A stretch of 64,000 nucleotides of DNA from Escherichia phage 04086: sequence record OR842557; one strand, 5' to 3'. Of the stretch, positions 52,117 through 61,902 are shown piece by piece. The notes beneath the pieces were generated by a model, which worked only from the letters and a program-made list of their open reading frames with translations, was not told the origin of the DNA and ran no database searches. The stretch's first letter is position 1. Each line of letters opens with the position of its first letter. The position numbers were made by a program, and so were the translations under genes.

Positions 52117-52374
52117 ATGAAAATGTTAGTTATCGGCTTTTTAGCAAGTGTTATGTCTTTTAGTGTTATGGCTACTGAAGGTGCTGGCGCCCCAGGTGCT
52201 GGCGGTCCTTCCAATGGTTCATCTTCAGCATCCCATTCTCAAGGTATCGAGAACATCAAATCTAGTTATGTAAATACCACCCATGGTAAAGCTCAGGAAG
52301 CTTGGGCTAAAGGCCGAGTAGTTACTGATTCTGTTTTCTGTCATATGCCTAAATATGTAGGCTGTAAGAAATAA
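52117..52374 (+). CDS. small secreted protein
   Basis: 85 aa from ATG 52117; signal-like MKMLVIGFLASVMSFSVMA then a Gly/Ala/Ser-rich region. Confidence 0.45.
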   Translation: MKMLVIGFLASVMSFSVMATEGAGAPGAGGPSNGSSSASHSQGIENIKSSYVNTTHGKAQEAWAKGRVVTDSVFCHMPKYVGCKK

Positions 52375-52380
52375 GTTAAT

Positions 52381-52404
52381 AAGGAACCTTAGGGTTCCTT
52401 TTTT
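52381..52404 (+). terminator. intrinsic terminator
   Basis: 8-bp stem aaggaacc-ttag-ggttcctt followed by TTTTTT. Confidence 0.7.
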
Positions 52405-52423
52405 GGGTTTAGTGCAAAAAAGA

Positions 52424-52452
52424 GTTTACACCCTCGTAGAGCATGTTATTAT
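52424..52452 (+). promoter_or_regulatory. early promoter cassette (GTTTAC-17-TATTAT)
   Basis: GTTTAC 52424-52429, TATTAT 52447-52452, then agacctatcaaatctactgagtgaaatggagaata leader. Confidence 0.55.
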
Positions 52453-52489
52453 AGACCTATCAAATCTACTGAGTGAAATGGAGAATATA

Positions 52490-53470
52490 ATGTTAACTAT
52501 CAAAATCAACAAAGGTATCTATCGCGGTAATGAAATCTCTGGTACGTTCATGAGTTCAGGTAAAACCTGGTTCCCTAATAAAATTCATGAATCTGAAGCT
52601 CACCTCGGCGATGGTAAGGTATTTGTACAGATTGACGGTGTTGAACGTGGTGTATGGGTGTTCAAATGTGACGTTGAAATGGAAGGTGCTGAAGCTCCTG
52701 TAGTGGTTACTGAATCCGCTGAAGAAATGAAACATCGCATCAACAAACGTTTTAAAGTAATGAACATGATGACTAACGGAATCATCGATGGTAAAATTCG
52801 TTCCCTTATCATCTCTGGTGCCGCAGGTATTGGTAAAACGTATTCTTTGGATAAAGCATTACAGAATGCCCACGAAAATGAAACTATCGAATATAAATCA
52901 ATCAACGGAAAGATTAGTGGAATCGGTCTTTACGAGCAGCTTTGGAATAACCGCGGCCCTAATAGTGTTCTTCTTATCGATGATGTTGATGTATTCTCTG
53001 ATATGGATATCCTGAACCTGTTAAAAGCAGCATTGGATACCGGTGAAAAACGTAAGGTGTGCTGGAGCACTTCAAGTTCTTACCTCGATGATAAAAATAT
53101 CGATAAAGAATTCGAATACGAAGGCACCATCGTGTTCATCACCAACGTTGATATTGACCGTGAATTAGAGCGTGGAACTAAACTTGCTCCACACCTCCAG
53201 GCTTTAGTATCTCGTTCAGTTTACTTAGACCTCGGAGTTCACTCTAACGAAGAGATTATGGTTCGTGTTGAAGACGTTATCCTGTCTACTGATATGATGC
53301 AAAATCGAGGTTTGACTGATTCTGAGACTTATCAAGCTTTAGCATGGATGAAGGCTAATGTATCTCGTCTTCGTAACGTATCATTACGTACAGCTCTTTA
53401 TCTGGCGGACTTCATCGCCACCGATAAAAATGACTGGAACGAAATCGCTGAAGTTACACTTCTGAAATAA
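52490..53470 (+). CDS. P-loop NTPase (Walker A and B) of unknown function
   Basis: 326 aa from ATG 52490; Walker A ISGAAGIGKTYS and Walker B VLLIDDVD; N-terminal domain of about 110 aa without motif. Confidence 0.6.
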   Translation: MLTIKINKGIYRGNEISGTFMSSGKTWFPNKIHESEAHLGDGKVFVQIDGVERGVWVFKCDVEMEGAEAPVVVTESAEEMKHRINKRFKVMNMMTNGIIDGKIRSLIISGAAGIGKTYSLDKALQNAHENETIEYKSINGKISGIGLYEQLWNNRGPNSVLLIDDVDVFSDMDILNLLKAALDTGEKRKVCWSTSSSYLDDKNIDKEFEYEGTIVFITNVDIDRELERGTKLAPHLQALVSRSVYLDLGVHSNEEIMVRVEDVILSTDMMQNRGLTDSETYQALAWMKANVSRLRNVSLRTALYLADFIATDKNDWNEIAEVTLLK

Positions 53471-53480
53471 AGGTGAAATT

Positions 53481-53822
53481 ATGTTTGAACAATTTAGTTA
53501 TGACCTTATAAAAGCAGAGTTGAAGTACTCTAATGCCATGAAACAGTCCGTCGAGGACTATGATAATGAATTTAAATACAAATTCGCCGAGAAGATTTAT
53601 AAAACTGATTGTGAAGAAGGAGACTATAAGAGACTGGCCTTGGCCGCTAAGACTCAGGCCTTAATAAATCTAGACCGTAAGCAGGTAAAGTTGGCAGGCG
53701 ACTTCCGAGGTGAACTCTGCGCCATCAGGAATGAATACCTTATTCGTATTAAACACCAGCGGAAAGAGAACACCCAATCCGCTTGGTTTAGTGGACAATC
53801 CGGTGAAAAAAGTTTCTATTAG
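53481..53822 (+). CDS. hypothetical protein
   Basis: 113-aa ORF. Confidence 0.45.
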   Translation: MFEQFSYDLIKAELKYSNAMKQSVEDYDNEFKYKFAEKIYKTDCEEGDYKRLALAAKTQALINLDRKQVKLAGDFRGELCAIRNEYLIRIKHQRKENTQSAWFSGQSGEKSFY

Positions 53823-53824
53823 TT

Positions 53825-53853
53825 GTTTACATCTCCAGTAGAAATGATACTAT
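53825..53853 (+). promoter_or_regulatory. early promoter cassette (GTTTAC-17-TACTAT) with inverted repeat that includes the downstream RBS
   Basis: atctccagtag ... ctactggag arms; the 3' arm contains the GGAGG RBS of ORF 53880. Confidence 0.6.
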
Positions 53854-53879
53854 AGACCTATCAACTACTGGAGGTTATC

Positions 53880-54404
53880 ATGAACGCTAAAGATATTTTT
53901 TCACTGATTAATTTCAACAACGGTAATTTCAAATCTGAAAAACAAAGCAAGTTCTTTAACGATGTTGCTTGTGGTAATGAGATTACCGTATCCGGAGGAG
54001 AGATTTACAAAAGCCGTTGGAACTGGATTGCAGTTATCGATTCAGTTGGTATTGTAGAGCTCTATAAAAACACTAACAAAAAACGTACTCTTCACTGGAG
54101 TCGTGAAACCAATCAGGCTTATCAAGCTGAACGTAACAAACGTTTAATGCCTACCGAATCTGACCTGGCAAACGTTAAATCTGATATCGCTTATTTCGAT
54201 AATCTGATTGCTGAACAACAAGCTGTTATTGATAAGTTTGACGAAATCAAAGCTTGTAAAGAGATTCCTGAATTCATGCGGGAATCAGTAAATGAACAGT
54301 ACGCCCTCACTTCAGGTCGTATCGAGCAGTACAAATCACAACGAGCTGAACGCCAAGCTCTGCTTCAGAAATTTGAAGAGCGTTTAAAGACGGTTCTCGC
54401 ATAA
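53880..54404 (+). CDS. hypothetical protein
   Basis: 174-aa ORF behind the cassette RBS. Confidence 0.5.
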   Translation: MNAKDIFSLINFNNGNFKSEKQSKFFNDVACGNEITVSGGEIYKSRWNWIAVIDSVGIVELYKNTNKKRTLHWSRETNQAYQAERNKRLMPTESDLANVKSDIAYFDNLIAEQQAVIDKFDEIKACKEIPEFMRESVNEQYALTSGRIEQYKSQRAERQALLQKFEERLKTVLA

Positions 54405-54421
54405 ACGCTTTATACCAAGGA

Positions 54422-54430
54422 TGGTATAAT
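54422..54430 (+). promoter_or_regulatory. extended -10 promoter (TGgTATAAT)
   Basis: TGGTATAAT about 38 nt upstream of ATG 54468; no clear -35 hexamer. Confidence 0.45.
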
Positions 54431-54467
54431 GGTTCTAGGTTCTTAATTACTTACTGAGGAAATTATT

Positions 54468-55313
54468 ATGTCACAGGCAATTAATCAAATTCGTTCTGAA
54501 GTTAAAAAGGTTATTAAATTTGGTCGTATTCCACTGAATAAAGAAGTGGTTGAAAAGGTTTTGGCCATGATGTGGGAAAAGTTTGAAGTTTGTATTTCTG
54601 TAGATGAATTCACTAAAATCTTTGACAAGACTAAAGGTTTGTTTACGTTAGAAGACCGAGTCATGAAATCTCTTCACAGGGCAGGTATGTTGACTCGTGC
54701 TAACGCCAGAATTATTCTTAGAAATTATAACAAAGGCTACGACCTCTATGGTCGTTTAATCCCGGCGATGTCATTTGATGAAGTTGTTAAAGACCTTCGT
54801 ACTAACCAACGTCGTTTACTAGCACTGGGTGCTCGTCTGGCTTTAGGTAAAGATAAGCAAATGCCATTTAAGACTAATGGTTCAGGCGATTGGATTATCT
54901 TTAATATTGTCAACCAACCAGGTAACGAAAACGAGTATCTTACTTCAACTTTTAGTGGTTGTCAATATGACAATTGGAAATTCCATCTTCGACTGGCTTT
55001 GTCCGAACTCGAACGTAGCGGTATTCTTACCTTCGATAATGTTAATACCAGTACAGGCTGGCGTATTAAACTTGTTAAGCCAGGTAATGAAGTTAAAAGT
55101 CATTCAGAACAAGCTCCTAAACCAGAACCTGTACCAGTGCGCAGCAATGAGAAGCATCAAGCCCAGATTGAGTATTTTAGCAATTTGCTTACTTGCCTGA
55201 ATGTTACAATCCAACAACAAGATGATGAGATTTTCCGACTCTCTGGTCTGAATGCTAAAGCTAAGGCTGAACGTCAAAAATATATCGATATCCTAAATCT
55301 TCTTAAGGATTAA
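54468..55313 (+). CDS. hypothetical protein
   Basis: 281-aa ORF; N-terminus MSQAI shared with ORF 63470 through a common leader. Confidence 0.5.
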   Translation: MSQAINQIRSEVKKVIKFGRIPLNKEVVEKVLAMMWEKFEVCISVDEFTKIFDKTKGLFTLEDRVMKSLHRAGMLTRANARIILRNYNKGYDLYGRLIPAMSFDEVVKDLRTNQRRLLALGARLALGKDKQMPFKTNGSGDWIIFNIVNQPGNENEYLTSTFSGCQYDNWKFHLRLALSELERSGILTFDNVNTSTGWRIKLVKPGNEVKSHSEQAPKPEPVPVRSNEKHQAQIEYFSNLLTCLNVTIQQQDDEIFRLSGLNAKAKAERQKYIDILNLLKD

Positions 55314-55314
55314 T

Positions 55315-55518
55315 ATGGCTATAATTATTAGTTTTATTTTTGGATACCTTGTGATAGGATTCATTACTGTCCTTATTGGTCGTAATCATATGGAAATTAA
55401 CTCAGGCGGTGAAGCAGCGTTTGCCACCTTTATCTGGCCAGTTCTTGCTATGTTTGGGATAGTTTTTATTATAACCTGGCCAATCGCTAAATTCTATGAA
55501 AAATTATTTGGACTTTAA
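55315..55518 (+). CDS. small membrane protein
   Basis: 67 aa; two hydrophobic helices. Confidence 0.45.
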   Translation: MAIIISFIFGYLVIGFITVLIGRNHMEINSGGEAAFATFIWPVLAMFGIVFIITWPIAKFYEKLFGL

Positions 55519-55519
55519 T

Positions 55520-56389
55520 ATGAACATTAAAACACGTAAAGAATATTCTCGATATGATTTTGATACCACACGTCGTATCGCTATTGACCGTCTGGCCGAC
55601 TTCGGCCATATTTGTAATGGTAATTATACTTATGGTGTAGGACGTAAAGGGACTTATATTAGTTCTTTGAACGATTATTGCCGTTGCCCAGCCCACCTGT
55701 TCGGCGCAACATTGCGAGCTAATATCAAAGACCTCTTGGCTACCGCAGGACGTATTTCTACGGTTCATATCAATATCAAGAATATTAATTTTACGGCTCG
55801 TAACCTAGTCATTAATATTTTGGCTGACGGTATTCAAGTTCGTTTCCGTCCTACCTCAAAAGGTAATAAGGCCCTTCGTGGAGCATTTGAAACCTTATTC
55901 AGAGAAGCAATGACTCGTATTAAGGCTGTAGAATCATATAAGGTTACGACCGATGAATATGCTGATTGTTCCGGACGGCCCGATGCAGTTTATTTTAATA
56001 TTAAACTAACTCGTGAATATCTTTTGTCTTATGCCCCTTATCAATCCCAACAAAAGGACCCACAAATGGAACGTCGTATCTCTGCAGTATCATGTGACAG
56101 TGTAGGCCAGTATGCGGCCTATGACAAATTCAAAACCACTGCTGTACCAAGCCCATTCAATTCCGAACCGTATCATTGGAAAATTAAACCCGAGAATTCT
56201 TTGGTGGTTACTAACCCTACGATGAAACCTATCGAGAAGTATCATGAGGACCACCTCCAGGAATCAATCCACCGTTTAAACGGCCAGATCGAAGATGAGA
56301 AAAAGAGTATTCAAGACGTATTGATTCGCATCAAGAACATGGAACTCCAGCGTGACAAGCTCCGCGCGGCAGTATTAGCTCTAAAATAA
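55520..56389 (+). CDS. hypothetical protein
   Basis: 289 aa from ATG 55520; C-terminal coiled coil. Confidence 0.5.
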   Translation: MNIKTRKEYSRYDFDTTRRIAIDRLADFGHICNGNYTYGVGRKGTYISSLNDYCRCPAHLFGATLRANIKDLLATAGRISTVHINIKNINFTARNLVINILADGIQVRFRPTSKGNKALRGAFETLFREAMTRIKAVESYKVTTDEYADCSGRPDAVYFNIKLTREYLLSYAPYQSQQKDPQMERRISAVSCDSVGQYAAYDKFKTTAVPSPFNSEPYHWKIKPENSLVVTNPTMKPIEKYHEDHLQESIHRLNGQIEDEKKSIQDVLIRIKNMELQRDKLRAAVLALK

Positions 56390-56390
56390 T

Positions 56391-56420
56391 GTTTACATCC
56401 AAGGATGGATGGAGTATAAT
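56391..56420 (+). promoter_or_regulatory. early promoter cassette (GTTTAC-18-TATAAT)
   Basis: GTTTAC 56391-56396, TATAAT 56415-56420; leader ctactgaggagaatatcATG. Confidence 0.6.
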
Positions 56421-56447
56421 CTTTTTAAATCTACTGAGGAGAATATC

Positions 56448-57458
56448 ATGACTCGTACTGAATACATTAATGCCTTTACTACTTATATCACTGCCAATAC
56501 CCCTCCATTAACCCCATATGTGGTAATAGTTTCTAATATCAATAAATGGGTCGACCAAATTGATGATGCATTATCGCGCTGTTTCAAAGCCGAAATCGAA
56601 AAGATTGCAGGCCGTTTGTGCATTCATGATATCATTAAAACATTTAAAGGTTCTCGACTGCTTTCGCGACTGGTCAATAAGGACATCCTTTCAGAGTTTG
56701 GCAAAGAGAAACATCCAGGTTCCAGCCATGTTGTTAACTACAAATGGTTTGGTGATACCATAAAAAGTTATATCAAAATTAAAGGTATGGACCCTAGTAG
56801 TTTATTTCCGCAACGTTGGGTTACCGAATTCAAGGCTAACTCTGCATTAATTCTCAAAGCGGCCTCTAAAACTATAGTTTCCGGTGATTGTCGTACTATT
56901 CACCCGATGGCTAATTGCATGATTAAAACAAATAGTTATAAAGGAAAAGCTATTATTTCTGTTATTTGGTCACCTAATAGGAAACCTAAAGATGATGCAG
57001 AAGTTGTAAAGTATCAAGATATTGCTTACGATACCTTGAATACTATCGAACAAGCTTTAGCTCTGATGGATACCGTAGAGAAATATGAGACCCAAGAAGT
57101 TAAACACCACTTAGGCTGGAAAGGATATGAAGTCTTAGTAACAGTTCGCGAAATCAAATGTACCGTTCCAAAAACTGATGCTGAAATTTACCAAGAAAAA
57201 TGTGAGGAAATTGTGAACACTGATAAAGAGCCTGCTACATTAGAAGATTTGATTAACGACTTGAACAGCCCTATCATGGCCCCTACACCAATTACTAAAT
57301 CCAAGTTACCAGAAGTCGTTGCCTTAGAAAAAGCGTATAAAGATGCCCTTGCTATCAACAAAAAACTGGCCGGGCAATATACTGCTGCCAAGAAACTTTG
57401 GGAAGAGTCTACCAATCGTTTAGACCGTCTTGAACAAGCTCTGGAGCTGTTGAAATGA
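56448..57458 (+). CDS. hypothetical protein
   Basis: 336 aa from ATG 56448 with GAGGAG RBS; C-terminal coiled coil. Confidence 0.5.
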   Translation: MTRTEYINAFTTYITANTPPLTPYVVIVSNINKWVDQIDDALSRCFKAEIEKIAGRLCIHDIIKTFKGSRLLSRLVNKDILSEFGKEKHPGSSHVVNYKWFGDTIKSYIKIKGMDPSSLFPQRWVTEFKANSALILKAASKTIVSGDCRTIHPMANCMIKTNSYKGKAIISVIWSPNRKPKDDAEVVKYQDIAYDTLNTIEQALALMDTVEKYETQEVKHHLGWKGYEVLVTVREIKCTVPKTDAEIYQEKCEEIVNTDKEPATLEDLINDLNSPIMAPTPITKSKLPEVVALEKAYKDALAINKKLAGQYTAAKKLWEESTNRLDRLEQALELLK

Positions 57459-57676
57459 AATACCAATTAGCTGAAGATATTGACCAAACTATTCCTGATT
57501 GGAATGCCATTATTAAAATTGTCGAACGTCGTGAAAAAGCTTCTAAGAACGTTCCGAACTGTCCGGAATGTGGAACTGAACAGGTTCAATTGGTCCATTG
57601 GCAGACTAGTAATCTTCGTTACAAATGCCGCCATTGTAAACATAAATTTGAGCGAGAAGAAAATGGCAAAGCGTAA
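57455..57676 (+). CDS. zinc-ribbon protein
   Basis: 73 aa; CPECG ... CRHC four-cysteine arrangement. Confidence 0.5.
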   Translation: MKYQLAEDIDQTIPDWNAIIKIVERREKASKNVPNCPECGTEQVQLVHWQTSNLRYKCRHCKHKFEREENGKA

Positions 57677-57899
57677 AGAATATGTAGAGGCTGCCGATAA
57701 GGCAGTCCGCGAACTTACTCTAGCTTATTATAAAGAGCACGGTAAATTTCCGGACAGTTATTCAGTATTGAAATCTGCTTTAACTCGCTCGTATAATAAT
57801 ATACTATCTGATGTGTATAATTTAAAATATGAGCACATGGAAAAATACGGAACAGAACTCGACCGTTCTGAAGCATTCAAACAAATATTAGGAATTTAA
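57663..57899 (+). CDS. hypothetical protein
   Basis: 78 aa from ATG 57663 overlapping the upstream ORF end. Confidence 0.45.
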   Translation: MAKRKEYVEAADKAVRELTLAYYKEHGKFPDSYSVLKSALTRSYNNILSDVYNLKYEHMEKYGTELDRSEAFKQILGI

Positions 57900-57900
57900 A

Positions 57901-58164
57901 ATGTTTAAAGTTTATGGTTATGATTCAAATATTCACCGTTGTGTTTTCTGTGATAATGCCAAACGACTGCTTGATGTTAAGAAACAACCTTACGAATTCA
58001 TTAACGTGATGCCGGAAAAAGGTGTATTTGATGATGAGAAGATTGCCGAACTCCTGGCTGCTCTTGGACGTGAATCTCAGGTAGGTTTGACTATGCCGCA
58101 AGTATTTGCTCCGGACGGAACTTCTATTGGTGGCTTTGACCAACTGCGAGCTTATTTCAAATGA
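57901..58164 (+). CDS. nrdC: glutaredoxin NrdC
   Basis: 87 aa; MFKVYGYDSNIHRCVFCDNAKRLL...GLTMPQVFAPDG..IGGFDQLRAYFK matches T4 NrdC including the CxxC site. Confidence 0.95.
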   Translation: MFKVYGYDSNIHRCVFCDNAKRLLDVKKQPYEFINVMPEKGVFDDEKIAELLAALGRESQVGLTMPQVFAPDGTSIGGFDQLRAYFK

Positions 58165-58322
58165 TTGAATTAATGTTGGTTGTTTTATATCTTATCATCG
58201 GTATTGGTTATGCTAAGACCCTAGCTAAATTAGATGATTCAGGTGACTTTTGTTGGTGGTTGACGTCTATGATTTGTTGGCCTTTATTTCTGGTTGGTGC
58301 TTCATTCTGGAACTTCAAATGA
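58161..58322 (+). CDS. small hydrophobic protein
   Basis: 53-aa ORF (below the ORF-track cutoff); ATG overlaps the nrdC stop; MIELMLVVLYLIIGIGYA... Confidence 0.35.
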   Translation: MIELMLVVLYLIIGIGYAKTLAKLDDSGDFCWWLTSMICWPLFLVGASFWNFK

Positions 58323-58627
58323 TTGAATTAAACGAACAAACCATTTTTCTAGGTGATGGTACCGAAGATGACCTGGAATATAAACTATACGAATATATGG
58401 TTTGGCTGGCTAAAGCAGAAGGTATAGACTTTGCTGTAGCTCACCCGTATGGCGAGAACACCGTTGTAATAGGTGGCACCGCTTATGAAGTCCAATGGCA
58501 ATACGTTGGGCTTGAATCTGAAGAATTTGAAGAAGATGAACATGGCGATTGGCATCCAGTCGGCCCTTGGTACTGGGAACACGGTGAACCTGATTTTGAA
58601 GTAAGTAGTTGGTGGTGTGACCGTTAA
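58319..58627 (+). CDS. hypothetical acidic protein
   Basis: 102 aa from ATG 58319 (MIELNEQ...); an identical second copy at 58751-59061 is an assembly duplicate. Confidence 0.5.
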   Translation: MIELNEQTIFLGDGTEDDLEYKLYEYMVWLAKAEGIDFAVAHPYGENTVVIGGTAYEVQWQYVGLESEEFEEDEHGDWHPVGPWYWEHGEPDFEVSSWWCDR

Positions 58628-58704
58628 GCCATGGTATGTCGCTCGGTGGGAAACTACCGAGCCAGAGGAACCGGTTTACAACGATTCCGAAATAGAGTAT
58701 AATG

Positions 58705-59138
58705 NNNTTGTTGGCCTTTATTTCTGGTTGGTGCTTCATTCTGGAACTTCAAATGATTGAATTAAACGAACAAACCATTTTTCTAGGTGATGGTACCGAA
58801 GATGACCTGGAATATAAACTATACGAATATATGGTTTGGCTGGCTAAAGCAGAAGGTATAGACTTTGCTGTAGCTCACCCGTATGGCGAGAACACCGTTG
58901 TAATAGGTGGCACCGCTTATGAAGTCCAATGGCAATACGTTGGGCTTGAATCTGAAGAATTTGAAGAAGATGAACATGGCGATTGGCATCCAGTCGGCCC
59001 TTGGTACTGGGAACACGGTGAACCTGATTTTGAAGTAAGTAGTTGGTGGTGTGACCGTTAAGCCATGGTATGTCGCTCGGTGGGAAACTACCGAGCCAGA
59101 GGAACCGGTTTACAACGATTCCGAAATAGAGTATAATG
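58705..59138. repeat. N-flanked duplicated block (assembly artifact)
   Basis: NNN at 58705-58707; 58708-59138 repeats 58274-58704 exactly. Confidence 0.75.
59108..59137 (+). promoter_or_regulatory. early promoter (GTTTAC-18-TATAAT)
   Basis: GTTTAC 59108-59113, TATAAT 59132-59137 (same element at 58674-58703 in the first copy); upstream of small ORF 59178. Confidence 0.55.
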
Positions 59139-59177
59139 AACCTTCAAACAATGATTTAATCGATATGGAGTTTGGAT

Positions 59178-59351
59178 ATGAGTACCAAAATTGAAGTTGG
59201 CCGTCATAAAGGCCGTCTGATTGAACATTCACTTTATGAATTGTCGGATTCGGGTTCTTTACCTGACCTAGAATCCGATTTGATTAAATCTGCAGCCGAT
59301 TATATTCATTGGCTTGAAGCTCAACTTCGCTTTTCCGATGAGGCCTTCTGA
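59178..59351 (+). CDS. hypothetical small protein
   Basis: 57-aa ORF below the track cutoff; stop overlaps the next ATG. Confidence 0.35.
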   Translation: MSTKIEVGRHKGRLIEHSLYELSDSGSLPDLESDLIKSAADYIHWLEAQLRFSDEAF

Positions 59352-59653
59352 TGAATTTATTTGAATTTGAAGGTAAAACTGTTCGTATTACTGAAGAAGA
59401 TGTCGACCATTATGTTGACTGGCCTGAATTAAATGGTAATCGTGGTTTTGAGTCAGGTGAGCTCTGTGAAGGCGCTGAAGTTAAAATCTTGAAGGTGGAG
59501 ATTTCTCCATGGGGCGACCCTGAAATCATCGGCGTAACTGCTATCGAATTCAATGGTAAGGTATACGAATACACTAAAGAAATGTTTGAAGATACTAAAG
59601 CTTCATTCTGGTGTTTTTGGACTAATGATGATAATGAATTTGAGGTCGCATGA
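59351..59653 (+). CDS. hypothetical acidic protein
   Basis: 100-aa ORF. Confidence 0.45.
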   Translation: MNLFEFEGKTVRITEEDVDHYVDWPELNGNRGFESGELCEGAEVKILKVEISPWGDPEIIGVTAIEFNGKVYEYTKEMFEDTKASFWCFWTNDDNEFEVA

Positions 59654-59826
59654 AAACTGTATTAGTCTATACCGAAAAATTAAATGGCGGTAAGGTCTGG
59701 AAACTTCTTATCAAAGGAAGTCCAACTGACCAGTTTATGGCCACCTGTGTAGGATTATATACCCGTCCTACTAAAAAGATGATTCGTCAATTTAAACGTT
59801 TGCATCGCTCATTTTATAATGTTTAA
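59650..59826 (+). CDS. hypothetical small basic protein
   Basis: 58-aa ORF below the track cutoff; ATG overlaps the upstream stop. Confidence 0.35.
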   Translation: MKTVLVYTEKLNGGKVWKLLIKGSPTDQFMATCVGLYTRPTKKMIRQFKRLHRSFYNV

Positions 59827-59864
59827 TAAATACCTATATCTAATTATTATTAAAGGTATAGGTC

Positions 59865-60938
59865 ATGCAAGATTTCGGACATTGGGCGGTATTTGAAGAA
59901 ACCGATATTAAAAACCATATTGGATTTGTATACGTAATCACTTTTGAAGATGGCAAAAAATATGTAGGTGCTAAAAAGATTTGGAAACGAATTAAAGCTG
60001 CACCTTGCACATTTAAACGCGGCCCTAAAAAAGGATTTGAAGAATCTGATTGGAAAACCTATACCTCATCATCTAATGAACTAAACGCAATGATAGAAAA
60101 GGGTATAAGTCCTAAAGAGTACCTTATTGTAGGATGGTATCCTACTTGGGGTAAAACTCTTATGGCAGAAATGGAAATGCAATTAGCCAATGATGTTTTA
60201 CGAGACCCTATGTGGCTTAACAAGCAAATTGGCGGACATTTCAACCCTAACTGCTTTGACGATTTAACCGAAGATGATATTGCAAGATGGATGGAATTTG
60301 ATAAAGGGAACGAACATGTTTCCTGGCCTATGATGTACAAAATCGGTCAGAAAACCAAATATGTTAAACCTGACGAAGTTGGCAAGTATATTAAATCTGG
60401 GTGGCAATTTGGTCGTTCTAAAACAGAAAAACATTCTGTTACCTATAATTGCTCTAAATTTACTATATGGGACTATCAAGAAAATAAAGCAGTGGAAGTT
60501 CTAAATCAAAATGAGTTTGCTCGTAATAATGATTTAAGTAGCAACCATCTAACTAGACTACTTCAAGGAACTCTCGACCTTATTAAAGATCGCTGGGGAC
60601 TTCCACCAGATATTGCTCGTCAGCGTTATAAATTTCAGGACGTTTCTTCAGGAACAAAATTTTTATCTAATTCTGAGTTAGAAGAATTTTACGGTATGAC
60701 TCGCGGTCAGGCTAACAAAGCCGTTAAAGATGGAAGAGCCGTTAAATTGGTAGTCGAAAGCAAAGAAGACCACATTAAAAAACTTGGCTCTATCGAATTG
60801 GTAAAAACCGAAAAGACAAAAGTTACGTCTCAAGTAATGCTTAACAGTTTTAAAGATATAGTTAATCCTATGACCACTGCCGAAAAATCAGAAATGATTG
60901 AATGGTTGGAAAGTTATATAACTTATTTGAAATCTTAA
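59865..60938 (+). CDS. GIY-YIG homing endonuclease (Seg-like)
   Basis: N-terminal IGFVYVITFEDGKKYVGAKK is a GIY-(10)-YIG core; long basic C-terminal putative DNA-binding region. Confidence 0.75.
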   Translation: MQDFGHWAVFEETDIKNHIGFVYVITFEDGKKYVGAKKIWKRIKAAPCTFKRGPKKGFEESDWKTYTSSSNELNAMIEKGISPKEYLIVGWYPTWGKTLMAEMEMQLANDVLRDPMWLNKQIGGHFNPNCFDDLTEDDIARWMEFDKGNEHVSWPMMYKIGQKTKYVKPDEVGKYIKSGWQFGRSKTEKHSVTYNCSKFTIWDYQENKAVEVLNQNEFARNNDLSSNHLTRLLQGTLDLIKDRWGLPPDIARQRYKFQDVSSGTKFLSNSELEEFYGMTRGQANKAVKDGRAVKLVVESKEDHIKKLGSIELVKTEKTKVTSQVMLNSFKDIVNPMTTAEKSEMIEWLESYITYLKS

Positions 60939-61079
60939 TGAGGAAATCGCTTAAATGATTAATTTTTATGGCTACACATTTTATGCTTTAGCCGAATCTC
61001 TGAACGATGCGGTCCGTATTATGGGTGTTGAGTATCCTGCTCAATGGTTATTTGTTGTAACTAACATGTGGGTTCTTTA

Positions 61080-61295
61080 ATGAACAAATTTCGTAATGCT
61101 GTTTCTGATATCCTGGCCAATATTACATTAGTTCTGTTTATCGTATGCCTTTTAATCCTGGCTATTCCGTTTGGATTGCTGTTCATGATTATTGGTGCTC
61201 TGAGTACTGAAAAAGGTCTTGAAGGGTCTGAGTTCGACAAACGAATCCAGGCTGTTCATAGTGTTATTGCAAAAATGATGAAGGTGAAAGAATGA
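61080..61295 (+). CDS. small membrane protein
   Basis: 71 aa from ATG 61080; one long hydrophobic helix. Confidence 0.45.
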   Translation: MNKFRNAVSDILANITLVLFIVCLLILAIPFGLLFMIIGALSTEKGLEGSEFDKRIQAVHSVIAKMMKVKE

Positions 61296-61603
61296 AACGT
61301 TTTGAAGAATATGTAGCTTTGAATTGGACCGCTTGGGACAAGTTTGGTGATGATTGGTACTTCCATGACTGTGACCTGAACCCGGAATTCTTTAAAGGTA
61401 AGGAAGAAGACCTCAAGGACATCTACGCTTTATCAGAGATTCATGGTATTAAACCTACCGTGTATTTCTCTTTTGATGACACAGGTTTCCTTGTACAGAT
61501 TTATGTTCCTTATGAAACTGTTGATGACGAAGCTGTTTGTGAAGAAGTTCTAAAAACCTGGGACTACCAAGGAGTTATTTCCTGTGGACCAAAAGTTAAC
61601 TAA
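61292..61603 (+). CDS. hypothetical acidic protein
   Basis: 103-aa ORF. Confidence 0.45.
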   Translation: MKRFEEYVALNWTAWDKFGDDWYFHDCDLNPEFFKGKEEDLKDIYALSEIHGIKPTVYFSFDDTGFLVQIYVPYETVDDEAVCEEVLKTWDYQGVISCGPKVN

Positions 61604-61901
61604 AATCGAAATCTACGGCATCCCTGAGACAGTCATGCGCTGTCCAGGGTGCATTGCTGTTCTATCGCTCCTAAATTCCCTTTCTATCCCACATACTTTC
61701 TATCCTGTGATTAATCAGACGCCGTCAGGCGCAGTATATGACAAGCCTCTTATAGTATCATTGGCCAAACGTGCAGGCTTCAAGAGCTTAGCGATACGCT
61801 ATCCTGTCATATTTGTCGATAATAAGAAAATAGAAAATATTCCTGCCTTTAAGTCACTTTTGATTGAACTTGGTTATGACCGAGATTTAATTGAAGATTA
61901 G
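61584..61901 (+). CDS. possible thioredoxin-fold (CxxC) protein
   Basis: 105 aa; N-terminal beta-strand then CPGC motif; weak. Confidence 0.35.
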   Translation: MDQKLTKIEIYGIPETVMRCPGCIAVLSLLNSLSIPHTFYPVINQTPSGAVYDKPLIVSLAKRAGFKSLAIRYPVIFVDNKKIENIPAFKSLLIELGYDRDLIED

Positions 61902-61902
61902 T

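Noticed and set aside
31966-52403. Long N-terminal extensions in the ORF track (for example 31966, 35853, 37033, 38071, 44073, 52403, 55496, 56409, 63308)
   Set aside because: The extensions start at non-ATG codons or run through promoter and leader sequence; an internal ATG preceded by a GAGG/AGGAG RBS, often overlapping the upstream stop, is the more likely start in each case.
58250-59061. Apparent tandem gene duplications (58250-58627 and 58702-59061; 62873-63061 and 63201-63401; 31269 and 31478)
   Set aside because: The copies are joined through N characters and repeat the flanking sequence exactly; these are assembly joins, not biological paralogs.
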